The notes: generated by a model not told the origin, from the sequence alone. A stretch of DNA of 64,000 nucleotides from Candidatus Marinacidobacterales bacterium (GCA_965219415.1 CBDCNP010000002.1:2304001-2368000); one strand, 5' to 3'; numbered from the stretch's first letter, positions 9,308 through 19,830 are shown. Translations and numbers: made by a program.

Positions 9308-10819
9308 TTACGTGCTTCGGGGCACCTGCAGGTCCGGCATCGGGGCCGCCCGGAACAACCGTCTGAGGGGCGAGGCGATCCACTGCGTCCACCTCTTGGC
9401 CTTCTTCGTTCGGGCACTGTCGGTGGCGAAACCGGATTTTGCATACATCTGCCGGTAGAGCTTGGAGACCAACAAGAAGGACAGCCGTCCGCGAATCGAC
9501 TTGGTGATGTTGGAGCGCTCCCAAATAGACGGCAGCCTGTAGAAACGGTCCCAGACTCCCTGCGTGCGTCGCGTGATTTCGGCGGCCGACATGAGCGGGT
9601 GGGGCGTGTACATCTTGGGGCGAAGCGGCTGCGGGATGAGCCAATATCGGCTCACGGGCACGCCTGCAACCTTGTCTCCTTTGATCTTCACCTCTTTTTC
9701 CCAGCTCTGGAAATCAACCGTGCCGGGAAGGGGGATGAGCGGCAGAAACTGAGCGAACACCACACCAGCTCTGTGCGCGACATCGGCGGTGAGATTAAAC
9801 GTGTCGGGTCGGTCGGTGGATAGTCCGAAGATAAAAGAGCCCAGGATGTAGACCTTGTGCTCGCGAAATCGCTGCAGCTGCCTTACCAGATCGTCCCCAG
9901 CCCTGTTGAAGTCCTTGAAGACCGATTTCAGTCCCTCCGGAGTCACAGATTCGACGCCGACCAAGGCGCCCTTGATGTTCGCCTTGTTCATCGCTTCCAA
10001 GAACTCGAGGTCGTCGGCGGCTTCCATCGTGATCTGAGTCATGAACACTAGATCGCTCGGCAGCTCGGCGAGACGGGCCATCAAATCGAACCGTTCCTGT
10101 CGGATGGCCTCTAATTCGTGCAGCCGGCTCTTGTCCTCGCGTTTAGCCGCAAGCTCTAGGTCTTCCAGCGTCACCGGATAGAAATTGTCGTCGGCGAGCG
10201 CGATGAAGCGAAACCCCATGCGGCGAAGCTCGACGATCTCTTCGAGCACGACGTCCGCGGCGCGTTGCCTCGGACGCTGCCCGTCGGTTCGCCAAACCGA
10301 GCAGAAAGAGCAATGCTTCGGGCACCCTCGCACCGTCTGCACCGAAGCCAACATGTACTTGTCGGTGGGCATGAGATCCCAACGGGCGGCCTTGAAGTCT
10401 TCCGGCTCGATGAGCCCACCTTCGTATATCTCGCGAGGTCCGCCGTTGTTACAGTCGGCGAGCACGTCTCCCCACACCCGATCGCCATCACCCTTCACGA
10501 CACCGTGAGCCCCCCCCAGCTCGATGGATTCCTGGGGATAGAGTGACGCGTGAACGCCTCCGAAGATGACGCGGGCACCCGCCTCACGCGCCATCTTCCC
10601 TACTTTGTAGCCGCGCAGCGCGTTTAGAGTATGGATGCCAATCCCGACCACGTCTCCCGCCTCAACCGTGGCAGGATCAAAATGCTCGATCGTCTCATCT
10701 ATGATGCGAGGGTCTCCATATTGGCGTGGAGTTGCACCGGCAAGGACAAAGAGCCAGCGTGGGGTGATGACACTCATACCGAACGACAAGTCGCTCGGAT
10801 TAACCAGATGTACCGTCAT
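9308..10819 (-). CDS. B12-binding radical SAM protein (class B, HpnP/BchE-like)
   Basis: N-terminal cobalamin-binding fold (VIFGGVHASL), RGCPKHCSFC and ADDNF motifs. Confidence 0.9.
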   Translation of the reverse strand: MTVHLVNPSDLSFGMSVITPRWLFVLAGATPRQYGDPRIIDETIEHFDPATVEAGDVVGIGIHTLNALRGYKVGKMAREAGARVIFGGVHASLYPQESIELGGAHGVVKGDGDRVWGDVLADCNNGGPREIYEGGLIEPEDFKAARWDLMPTDKYMLASVQTVRGCPKHCSFCSVWRTDGQRPRQRAADVVLEEIVELRRMGFRFIALADDNFYPVTLEDLELAAKREDKSRLHELEAIRQERFDLMARLAELPSDLVFMTQITMEAADDLEFLEAMNKANIKGALVGVESVTPEGLKSVFKDFNRAGDDLVRQLQRFREHKVYILGSFIFGLSTDRPDTFNLTADVAHRAGVVFAQFLPLIPLPGTVDFQSWEKEVKIKGDKVAGVPVSRYWLIPQPLRPKMYTPHPLMSAAEITRRTQGVWDRFYRLPSIWERSNITKSIRGRLSFLLVSKLYRQMYAKSGFATDSARTKKAKRWTQWIASPLRRLFRAAPMPDLQVPRST

Positions 10820-11000
10820 AAAGAATTCCTCGAAAAAGGCGACCGTCAGCAGCTAATTTTCAAGTGACCGAGTAGGCGCCGCCAGCGGGAGAACCCTGCA
10901 AAACCGGTCAAAAGTGGCTCCCAGGGCCAGCGACCCCGAGGTGATGTGGAGAATACTGGAGATGTTGGCAGGCTGTCAAGGCAAGGGAGGCGCCAGGCGG

Positions 11001-12092
11001 CTGCCTTGGTGCACAACTAGCGATCTCGGTCCACAATTGTCCTGTACTCGCGGATACGAGGTTCCCCATGAGCATTTTCAAACGCACTCAGCGGGAAGTA
11101 TGTGAAGAAGGCCTATCGCGTGAGGAATTGGCGTGAATATGAGGCGGGTCTACGCAACCGCGGGAGCCTGACCGTCTGGATCTCGCTCACCGCCGGCAAG
11201 CTTGTGAACTGGGACGCGCCCCGGCCAAGGAGGAGGAAACCGGGCCGTCAACGCAAGTACTCGAACCACGCCATCGAGACGGCTGTCACCCTGGGCATGG
11301 TGTTTCATCTGTCATCTAGGCAGAGCGAGGGATTGCTGCGGTCGTTGTTCGCTCTGATGAAGCTAGACAGTGATGTGCCCGATCACACCACGATCTCGAG
11401 GCGCAAGCCGAAGCTGGGTAAGGTCCCCTTCTACCCAGTCAAGCAGAAGACGCCGTTGCACATCTTGTTCGACAGCAGCGGTCTCGCTGTCCACGCCGGC
11501 CAGCTGCGCAGAGCACAAAAGAGCAGGGACTATCGCAAGCTCCATCTGTGTGTCGACGAGCAGAGTGGCGAAGTCGTCGCCGGCGAGCTGACGAGCAAAA
11601 GAGCCCGCGATTCATCGCGGGTTGCATCGCTTGTCGGACAGATCGACAGTCCCATCTCATCGGCCAGAGCTGACACCGCATACGACGCCGGCGGCGTCTA
11701 TGAGGCAATCGAGAATCACAGCGCTCATCGCTCGCCGAGGGTGCTGATACCGCCGCGCAAGGGCGCCCTGCTCGCATCGGGGCCGGCGAGCAGCCGACAG
11801 CGCAATCGCAACATTGCAGCACAAGCTCGGCTCGGCAAACGAAAGTGGCACACAGAATCGGGCTACAGCAAACGGAGCAAAGTCGAGACAACGTTCCATC
11901 GCTACAAGGCTTTATCGTGGGCTCAGCGATGCGAGCGAGAGGGTTGGCGGCACAGAGAGGTGAGGCAAGGATCGGGTGCAAGATTCTCAACACCATGACG
12001 GCGCTCGGGATGCCTGATAGCGAGATGATCGGATGATGGGAGTCGGGGCCAAGCGAGCTCTCGGCCTCTATCGGAGTTGTGCACCAAGGCAG
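11001..12092 (+). mobile_element. IS5-family element, copy 2
   Basis: Same 18-bp IRs at 11001-11018 and 12075-12092. Inverted relative to copy 1. No TSD. Confidence 0.92.
11102..12036 (+). pseudogene. IS5-family transposase, frameshifted (extra TT near 11911)
   Basis: aaggctttatcg here versus aaggctatcg in copy 1. The C-terminus is in ORF 11845-12036. Confidence 0.9.
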
Positions 12093-12618
12093 GTATTTCC
12101 TCGATACTCCTGTGGAGGAGGCGCTCGCCACCATCGACGTTAATAGCAAGGCGCCGCTGCAGCTGAGTCACCACTTCGCTCAGGGAATGCGCGCCCGAGG
12201 CCGGGGCGGCATCTTGTTCATGTCTTCTATCGTCGCCTTTCAAGGTGTGCCCTACATTGCGAACTACGCGGCAACCAAGGCTTACGATCTTGTGCTTGCG
12301 GAGAGCCTTTCCGCCGAGTTGCGGCAGTGGAACATCGACGTCGGTGTCATTGCGCCGGGTTTCACCGAAACCGAGCTCTCCCCGGACTTTAACTTCGACG
12401 GCCTGCCCATGAAGCCCATGTCCGCGGACCAAGTTGCGCGAGAAGGAATCGAAAGTCTCGGTCGTTCTCGCCTAACGGTTCCGGGGGTGATCAACAAGCT
12501 CCTGTACTCCGTTGGCAAGTACCTTCAGACAAGACGAATGAGTACGTATGGATTCGGTCGCGTATTTGGGCGCGTGCTGCGGCTCAAACTGAACCCAAAG
12601 GACACCCATATCGGTTGA
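12093..12618 (+). pseudogene. Short-chain dehydrogenase, 5'-truncated by IS5
   Basis: MSS...YAATK...APGFTET present. The Rossmann GxxxGxG motif is missing and the ORF begins at the IS end. Confidence 0.85.
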
Positions 12619-12630
12619 AGAGAGGTCGTT

Positions 12631-13374
12631 ATGAAAGACTCAATGTTGCCGTTCTTGTTTATCGCCCAGATCGCGCTCATCTGGTCCGCCGTGCGGCGCA
12701 CCCGCAGAGCCGGCAAGATATCGGGCTCGCAATTGGCGTCGCTTTACACGGTCGTCGGCTTGCTGGCCTTGTGGACGCCGGTCAGCGCCCTTTTTGCACT
12801 CAGCGGGATCTATACATCTCCCGCAGTTCTAGAGAACCTGCCCGGCCTTTGGGTAACCATGGTGCCGGTGGTGGTCTTAATGGTCCCGTGGATCGCCTCC
12901 GCCTCCTTTAGAGACTCCATCCATAAAGTCATCGACGCGGTCGGCTTGCATAACGTCGTACTCTTCGAAGGCCTGCGCGTGCTGGCTATCGGCGGCATCG
13001 TGAAAGGCCTGCGCGGAGAATTTTCAGCAGAGTTAGCTTTCTATCTCGGGATACCCGATCTCATCTTTGGGGCGCTGTCCCTGTGGTCGGGGTACAAGCT
13101 CTACAAGGGCTCGCTGCCGCTCAAGTGGGTGCTTGCCCTCAACGCCTACGGTTTCCTCATCATCGTGCCCGGAGGCGTGGTGCTGATGAACCTCGGCATT
13201 CCAGGCCCGTGGCATATCATTTATACCACGCCGGACATGGTATCGATGTTTCAATATCCGATGGCGCTGGCGCCTACGGCGGTGGTGCCGATCTTCGTCG
13301 TCATCAACAGCCTCATCGTCAACTATGTGCTGACGCACAACGAATTTCAGGCCGCGCCTAAGGCACGTCGATAG
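12631..13374 (+). CDS. Hypothetical integral membrane protein
   Basis: 247 aa, about 7 hydrophobic segments, GAGG RBS. Confidence 0.75.
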   Translation: MKDSMLPFLFIAQIALIWSAVRRTRRAGKISGSQLASLYTVVGLLALWTPVSALFALSGIYTSPAVLENLPGLWVTMVPVVVLMVPWIASASFRDSIHKVIDAVGLHNVVLFEGLRVLAIGGIVKGLRGEFSAELAFYLGIPDLIFGALSLWSGYKLYKGSLPLKWVLALNAYGFLIIVPGGVVLMNLGIPGPWHIIYTTPDMVSMFQYPMALAPTAVVPIFVVINSLIVNYVLTHNEFQAAPKARR

Positions 13375-13389
13375 TCACTTCGTTGGAGT

Positions 13390-13845
13390 GCAACGTTCCG
13401 GTCCATGCATCCACATCAACACGCGCACTCTTTTCAGTATCGAAGTACGAGTTCATCCAGACTTTGTAGTCCATAGACAATGTGTAGGTCCCTTGAGCGA
13501 CAGCATCGCCGGTCCAAAATGAGACATCGAAGTGTTTCGGCAGCGACTCCCCGGCCTTGATTAGGACGAAGCTCTCTTTCGTAGGAGGCGCTGGGTCTGA
13601 GATGCGATAGGCAATCTCAATCGGCTCTCCGTCGGGCCCGTCAAGTAGTAGGTTGGGGTCCCGGTGGCTTCGAAGTCATAGAACAAAGCGGTCCTGCTCG
13701 CTGATATTTTGTATTTCTCCTGTGACGGAGAACACGGCTTCTTTGCTGGTTGGATACTGCGTGGTCGGGATCTCGTCTACGTCATACGATGACGGCTCTG
13801 CTGTGATGACGAACCGCAACGGTTGGACGTCGTCACTCGATGAGT
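13390..13845 (-). pseudogene. Remnant of an unidentified beta-rich secreted protein
   Basis: Reads LRFVITAEPSSY...GEIQNISEQDRFVL*...GTYTLSMDY with an internal stop, fused to the upstream MBL-TPR gene. Confidence 0.4.
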
Positions 13846-14990
13846 CTTGCGCCGCAGCGAAGAAAGCCTGCGCTAGCTCGCGAAGCACCGTCCGGAGGCT
13901 GTTGTCGAGCACGATGCGGTATTGCCCGGCGGCGCGTTCCATCCAGCTCTTATCGAGATACAGCTCGCCGAGCAGGGCATGGGCCCTCATGCGATACTCC
14001 CAATCGTCTTGCTCGGCGCGCGCCAGCGCCGCTTCTAGAAAGGCCATAGCCTCATCTGCCCGCTCCGTTTGCTTGAGCGCGCGCGCCCATTGAACCGCGA
14101 AGACGATCGAGTCGCCGAGCTCGGCCGCCTCCGCCACGAGCTTGGCCGCCTGAGCCGCCGCTTCTCGATTCTCGCCCATCAGCTTTCTCGCTTCATCCAG
14201 CTTTTGCCATCCTTCCGCCAGTCCCTTCGGCCAGACCCGAAGCAATGGCGTGGGCTGGAAGACGAGGATGCGGGAAGAGCCAAGCCTTCCGGCGGTTAGG
14301 CGCGTCTGGTTGGACTGCAGTCGTTCCACACCCGATTGCTTTTCCTCCCAGGGACCGAGCGGGCCGAGCGAGCGCGGAAGGGCCAAGAAACCGTCGAGCC
14401 GATAGTGCATCGGTATCGTCACGGCCGGGTTCAAGGCGTCGCGGATAGCCGCGACCTCAACCGTTTTGAGGATGTGCTCGAGCCCGTCGACGGGAAGCAT
14501 CAGAACGTCAATCCGGCCTATTTCCTTCAAGTTCTCTTCGGTGAGCGGACCCTTGTCACCGAGGTGCACGATGCGGAGGCCTCCGGTCTCCACGATCCAG
14601 ATGGTGTTCTTCTGTTCGAAGTCCTTCCCATAAGGATCGGCATGACGACCCACGATGCCCTGCAGCCCGACGTCGCCCATCGAGAAACTCCCAGCCTCGC
14701 GAAACACCGGAACGGCATCGCCCCAGTAGTAGGACGCGTCGTGATCATAGTGAGGATGCGTCACCAGAACGGCGTTCGCCTCGACGTTTTGGGGGAAGCC
14801 GTAACCGAGCCAGCGCTGCGCGTTGTACGGATCGATGACGACGCGCGTCCCCGCGGGCGATTCGATGACGAAACAGGCGTGAGCGATTGTACTCGATGCC
14901 GACCTCGGCAGCGACGGTTCCGACGGCGACAAGGATGAGGACAAAGCCGAGCGTCGCGATGGCCAAGATCGAAACGAGACGTCTTTTCAC
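13676..14990 (-). pseudogene. Secreted MBL-fold (Lactamase_B_3) metallohydrolase with TPR, frameshifted near 14885 and with a chimeric 3' end
   Basis: Signal peptide in ORF 14745-14990, then IAHACFVIE, THPHYDH, HLGD and IPMHY motifs. Confidence 0.8.
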
Positions 14991-15280
14991 AAAACCCTCC
15001 TCGAGAGGCTACCTTGAGAGCTGTATGGCCGAAACAAGGTTAGGTCTTGGCGCTATGCAAAGCTACCGGTCTCCCCGCGCGTTCGCGTCCGTGCGAGAAC
15101 CCGCTGCCCCGCCGCAACGAACTGTCCGCTTCCATGGCGGGTGGATACCAAGCGAATGTAGCGGACGCGACAAGCTTGAACCTTTATAGCTGTTTGTGTG
15201 GTTCGACGCCCCACTTCGGTCCGGCTCTGAAAGCACGGAGCGTCAGGCGATTTTCATTCGGATCAAGGGCTGGGGCAAAT

Positions 15281-15335
15281 TGGATGGAAATGGATGGACA
15301 AATGGATGGGGCTGTGTCATCCTCTAAATGGATGG
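15281..15335 (+). repeat. Four TGGATGG direct repeats upstream of fic
   Basis: tggatgg at 15281, 15291, 15303 and 15329, with an inverted catcc near 15318. Confidence 0.65.
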
Positions 15336-15349
15336 AATTGGAGGTCAAA

Positions 15350-16408
15350 ATGGCGGACGGCATCCGGACCCACACGCTAGCAATCACGCCCGAGATTCTC
15401 AAACTCATCGCGGAGATCGATGAATTCAAGGGTGCGTGGACTGCCATCGGGCGGATATCACCAGAGCGACTCTCCTCGCTGCGTCGTGTTGCCACCATCG
15501 AGAGTATCGGTTCATCGACGCGGATCGAAGGGGCAAAACTGAGCGACAAGGAGGTCGAGCGCCTACTTGCCAATCTGGAAATGAAGGCTTTCGCTTCCCG
15601 CGACGAAGAGGAGGTTGCCGGCTACGCGGAAGTCATGGAGACGCTATTTGAACAGTGGCAGGACATCACGCTAACCGAGAACCACCTCAAGCAACTGCAT
15701 CGCGACCTGCTCCAATACACTTCGAAGGATAAGCGGCATCGTAGGGAATACAAGACGCTAGACAACCATGTTGAAGCGTTTGGCCCAGATGGCGAGAGCC
15801 TCGGCGTCGTCTTTCAGACGCCGAGCCCGTTCGATACGCCGCGCCTGATGGCAGAGCTGATTGATTGGACGCGAGAAGGCCTGGAAACGCAGGATCTGCA
15901 TCCGGTCATTGTCGTCGCGCTCTTCATCGTCGTGTTCTTGGAGATTCATCCGTTTCAGGACGGTAATGGTCGCCTGTCACGCGTCCTGACAACGCTGCTG
16001 CTGCTACGGGCGGGCTATGCCTATGTGCCTTATAGCTCGCTCGAGAGCGTGATAGAGCAAAGCAAGGATGCGTACTATCTCGCGTTGCGGGGAACGCAAG
16101 GGACCATCCGCACAGATACGCCGGATTGGCAGCCCTGGCTCTGCTTCTTCCTGAAGTCCCTTCAGAGACAGAAAGCGCGGCTCGAGAAAAAGATTGAGCG
16201 GGAGCGTCTCATTTTCGGCGATTTGCCGGAGCTCTCGGTACAGATCCTCGAACTGTGCCGTGAGCACGGACGGGTCACCGTCGCCCAAGCTGCGAAAGTC
16301 ACGAGGGCGAACCGGAACACGATTAAAGACCATCTCAAAGCGCTAACCAGCGCCGGCCATCTAAAGCAGCACGGGGCCGGCCGGGGGGCATGGTACGGCG
16401 TTACGTAA
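15350..16408 (+). CDS. Fic-family protein (class II, N-terminal inhibitory motif) with C-terminal wHTH
   Basis: HPFQDGNGRLSR Fic motif, STRIEG inhibitory motif, and GGAGG RBS before ATG 15350. Confidence 0.92.
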   Translation: MADGIRTHTLAITPEILKLIAEIDEFKGAWTAIGRISPERLSSLRRVATIESIGSSTRIEGAKLSDKEVERLLANLEMKAFASRDEEEVAGYAEVMETLFEQWQDITLTENHLKQLHRDLLQYTSKDKRHRREYKTLDNHVEAFGPDGESLGVVFQTPSPFDTPRLMAELIDWTREGLETQDLHPVIVVALFIVVFLEIHPFQDGNGRLSRVLTTLLLLRAGYAYVPYSSLESVIEQSKDAYYLALRGTQGTIRTDTPDWQPWLCFFLKSLQRQKARLEKKIERERLIFGDLPELSVQILELCREHGRVTVAQAAKVTRANRNTIKDHLKALTSAGHLKQHGAGRGAWYGVT

Positions 16409-16729
16409 GCGCGGGCGATTGGATTCATTGGCGGTGGGTCGGAGGCGGAATGGTCCACTTGGCAACAAGCAGGTCACCGGGGCAGTCAGCGGGTCTCACT
16501 AGATCCCGAGGGCCTCTGGAGGTCCTTAGGGCCGGCGACCGGCGGATAAGATCCCGCCCATGATCGGCGTCAACTACCTTTCCCGTTCGGGAATTTTAAT
16601 TGTCGCTGATCACGCACAACTACTTCGAAGCGCGGCCCTGCCGGCGGGGCTTAGGGTTGGGGTTGCTTCGAAGGACTGCCCCACCGCAAACAAACCCCAG
16701 GGTAACGACAATCTAGCGAGTCTTCTCGA

Positions 16730-17035
16730 AGAGTAGCCCACCGCCGCGAACATACCGGAGTCCGGCACCGGCACCACGACATCGGCATCCACCGCGGTTT
16801 CCTCGGCCAAGCGTTTTCCCATCTCGATACGAGAAACGTGGACGCTTCGGCCGAAGACAACGCTGTCCGCCGGGAGAAGTAGACGTGCTCGAAGACGCAT
16901 TGGCGGGGTTGTTCAGTCGCGAATGGACGGATCGATCGGAGTCCGTTCTTGTCGATGGCCACCAGCTCCCCGGGCTCGACCTCCCTGACATACGTCGCGT
17001 CGATGAGGTCCAGGGCACAGGTCTCGGAGCACAAA
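16730..17035 (-). pseudogene. purF: Internal fragment of amidophosphoribosyltransferase
   Basis: SETCALD...REVEPGE...CVFEHVYFSR / DSVVFG...ADVVVPVPDSG. Frameshifted and missing both ends. Confidence 0.88.
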
Positions 17036-17260
17036 ACCTAGCTATCGCCGAGCTTTCCGATAACGAGCGGGCGGAACCCTCGAGGATCGCGAACTTCGAA
17101 AAGCGCGTCCTTGAGTGAGGAAGAGTAGGGTGAAGGCTCCCTCCAACGGACGTAGCGCGTCTAAGAGAGCGTCTTCTACTTCCCTCTGATCCGATCTCGC
17201 GAAGCGGATAAACAGCGGTAACCCCGCCCAAACATCCCAACTGCAGTTCCTACTTGCAGT

Positions 17261-17289
17261 TAGACAGCCTATGTTCCTTCGTGTAAATT
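17261..17289 (+). promoter_or_regulatory. Putative sigma70 promoter of hicBA
   Basis: TAGACA (17261-17266), 17-bp spacer, TAAATT (17284-17289). Confidence 0.5.
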
Positions 17290-17307
17290 GAAAGAGAGGT
17301 AAGCCCA

Positions 17308-17505
17308 GTGAAGTATAAAGTCGTGCTGAAGCACTCGGATGAAGGTGTGAGCGCCTCCGTACCGGGCCTACCGGGGTGCTGGTCCCAAGGCGCCACGGAA
17401 CAAGAGGCGCTCGACAATATCAAGGACGCGATTAGAGAGTACATCTCGGTCGTCGAGGATCAGGTCAAAGGAGCGGACGTCCGTGAGATCGAGATCACGG
17501 TGTAG
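17308..17505 (+). CDS. hicB: HicB-family antitoxin (short form, no DNA-binding domain)
   Basis: VPGLPGCWSQGATEQEALDNIKDAI motif. Confidence 0.9.
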   Translation: MKYKVVLKHSDEGVSASVPGLPGCWSQGATEQEALDNIKDAIREYISVVEDQVKGADVREIEITV

Positions 17506-17508
17506 GCG

Positions 17509-17721
17509 GTGGCCAGGATCCCGGGCATACCGCACCTCCGAGCGGTGCGGGCGCTGGAAAGGGCCGACTTCAAGGTCGTGCGTGAAGGGAAGCATGTCGT
17601 TATGAGCGATGGCGTTCGCATCCTCACGATCCCTCGGGCCAATCCGGTCAACGCGTACACCATGGGTGGAATTGTTCGTGACGCCGGACTCACCCCGGAA
17701 GCGTTCAAGAAGCTTCTGTAA
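17509..17721 (+). CDS. hicA: HicA-family mRNA interferase
   Basis: RALERADF.VVREGKHVVM...LTIP...IVRDAGLTPEAFKKLL. Confidence 0.88.
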   Translation: MARIPGIPHLRAVRALERADFKVVREGKHVVMSDGVRILTIPRANPVNAYTMGGIVRDAGLTPEAFKKLL

Positions 17722-17959
17722 TACTTGTCCACTCCTGTTTTCTCCCCTTATCGCCATTCCCTACATGCGTCCGCCGCGGCTACCCGTGTCGATTCGTAAC
17801 GGCCTGTCGCTCATCATCATTAACGGGTTCGCGGGCCAAAGCCTGTCGGCGGGCCAAGGCATCGGACGCTTGGTCGTTGCGAGGAAGGAAGACGAGAACG
17901 AACTCGTCAGTACCCGGACTGAGCCACCGCGAGCGCCCAGAGTTGTGCTAGGCCGCTTC

Positions 17960-18387
17960 CCGCCACTCGCAACGATGAAGCTAGGCGCAGCTCATCAAGC
18001 GGGTCTTTCAAACCAACCCTTTGAAATGTGAGGGTGGAGACACCCTCCGCGTCATCTCCTTCATCACCGAGCAGAAGGTCATTCGAAAAATCTTGGGTCA
18101 TTTGGAAAAGCGAAAGGCCGACTCCCGCGCTCCTCCTCAGCCTTAGCCTCGGTTTCTCCGCGACTCCCCCTTGTGCCCTCCCTCTGGCACCGGAAGGCAT
18201 ACCTGTGGTTTCATGCCCAAACGCCCCCGCCCAAAACTGCCCCAACTCGTTTTGTCTTCCCCGTGCACTTCTGCTACCTTCACCAACGCGCAATGAGGTG
18301 CCACCATCACTACCGAAAAGGGGAAAATGGCAGCCGAGCGCAGTCAGACAGGTTATGAATTCTCCTATCCTTTATCCTTTCCTATCC
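17960..18387 (+). mobile_element. IS91/ISCR-like rolling-circle element remnant: Y2 transposase C-terminus plus probable oriIS end
   Basis: AQLIKRVFQTNPLKC...LRVISFITEQKVIRKILGHL...RAPP* ends at 18146. The downstream gaattctcctatcc (to 18370) resembles oriIS ends. Confidence 0.7.
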
Positions 18388-18395
18388 TTACGTCT

Positions 18396-19830
18396 GAAAG
18401 TGTGCCAATCTTAGTTGGGAATTGAAACGGCTCCAAACCCCGTGGTTTGATGGCGTTGGACAAAACAAAATCAAGCCGCGAAGAAAGGAGCCGAGATGGG
18501 AAGTCTGCTACGTTCGGTCAAGAAACGCAAGAAGTCGCGTCGTTTGGGTGAGGTCGAGATGGTGAGGCACGAGGATTACGGGGAACTCGCGCTGGACGCC
18601 AAGGTAGAGATGATCCGTTGGTTGGTCCCCCTTGGTCTAATGCACGTTCACGAGTTGCTCGACGACGAAGTGAAGGCGTTGGCGGGAGAGCGATACTCTC
18701 GCAAGGACGAGCTGGAGCGCGGTCGCCGTCCCGGAAGCAACCCGGGCACGGTAGGGCTTGGCGGCCAGCGGGTACCGATCCGTGTGCCACGGGTTCGGAG
18801 CATCGAGGGAGGAGAGATTCCGCTTCGCTGCTACGAGGCGGTGAGCCACGGCGGTGAGGTGAATGATCTTCTGCTGAAACGAGTTCTCTACGGAATCTCT
18901 TGTCGCAACTACGAGGCGGCAGCGGAAGCGATTCCGGGCGCCATCGGACTGTCGAGCTCAACGGTGTCCCGAGGGTTCGTGCAAGCGAGCGCTGCGAAGC
19001 TGCGGGAGATGCAGGAACGGGATCTGACCGGCGAGGATGTGGTGGCGCTGTTTCTGGATGGGAAGACATTCGCCGAGACAACGATGGTCGTGGCTCTGGG
19101 CATCACGCTTTGCGGGGAAAAACGCTTCTTGGGCTTCGTGGAGACGGACACGGAGAACGCGCAGGTGTTGACGCCGTTCCTGCGTTCACTGCTCGAGCGG
19201 GGACTCGATATCTCCCAGGGTCTGCTGGTGATCATCGACGGCGGCAAGGGTCTCCAAGCGGCAGTCAAGAAGGCATTCCGTAAGCGGGCCCTGATACAAC
19301 GCTGCCAGTGGCACAAACGTGAAAACGTAGTGAGCTACCTGTCCAAGGGCGAGCAGGCGTCATGGCGCAAGCGGCTCCAGTGGGCCTACAACAGGCCGGA
19401 GTACGAAGAGGCCCTCACTGCGCTCGAGCAACTCCACGGTGAGTTAGAAGAGCGGAACCAATCCGCAGCTGGCAGCCTGGAGGAAGGCCTCGAGGAGACG
19501 CTGACGTTGCATCGACTCGGCGTGCACGCGGTGCTGGGCCGTTCGTTCAAGACGACGAACTGCCTTGAGTCCGTCAATGCTCTCGTCGAGGAACGCTGCG
19601 CGAAGGTCGACCACTGGAAGAACTCGAGCCAACGCCAGCGCTGGTTGGCAACGGCGCTCGTAGACATCGAACCGCGCTTGAGGAAGGTGGTGGGCTACCG
19701 CCATCTTCCCAAGCTTCGCGAAGCTCTCAAGCGGGAACTGAAGATCGAGGCGAAGACATCAACCGTATCGAAGAAGAAGGTCGCTTAAACGTGAGCCGTG
19801 GAGAGTTTCAACTAAGAATGGGCTTGACTC
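18396..19830 (+). mobile_element. IS256-family element A, copy 1 (1435 bp)
   Basis: Imperfect IRs sharing TCTTAGTTG. 8-bp TSD ttacgtct at 18388-18395 and 19831-19838. Confidence 0.95.
18496..19788 (+). CDS. IS256-family (mutator) transposase
   Basis: FLDG, IIDGGKGL, QRCQWHK and TTNCLES motifs. Confidence 0.95.
   Translation: MGSLLRSVKKRKKSRRLGEVEMVRHEDYGELALDAKVEMIRWLVPLGLMHVHELLDDEVKALAGERYSRKDELERGRRPGSNPGTVGLGGQRVPIRVPRVRSIEGGEIPLRCYEAVSHGGEVNDLLLKRVLYGISCRNYEAAAEAIPGAIGLSSSTVSRGFVQASAAKLREMQERDLTGEDVVALFLDGKTFAETTMVVALGITLCGEKRFLGFVETDTENAQVLTPFLRSLLERGLDISQGLLVIIDGGKGLQAAVKKAFRKRALIQRCQWHKRENVVSYLSKGEQASWRKRLQWAYNRPEYEEALTALEQLHGELEERNQSAAGSLEEGLEETLTLHRLGVHAVLGRSFKTTNCLESVNALVEERCAKVDHWKNSSQRQRWLATALVDIEPRLRKVVGYRHLPKLREALKRELKIEAKTSTVSKKKVA

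Noticed and set aside
15047-15349. N-terminal extension of Fic (WMEMDGQMDG)
   Set aside because: It is a translation of upstream repeats. RBS and homology point to ATG 15350.
17036-17220. Possible degraded small antitoxin (AIAELSDNERAE...)
   Set aside because: Too short and interrupted by stops to support a call.
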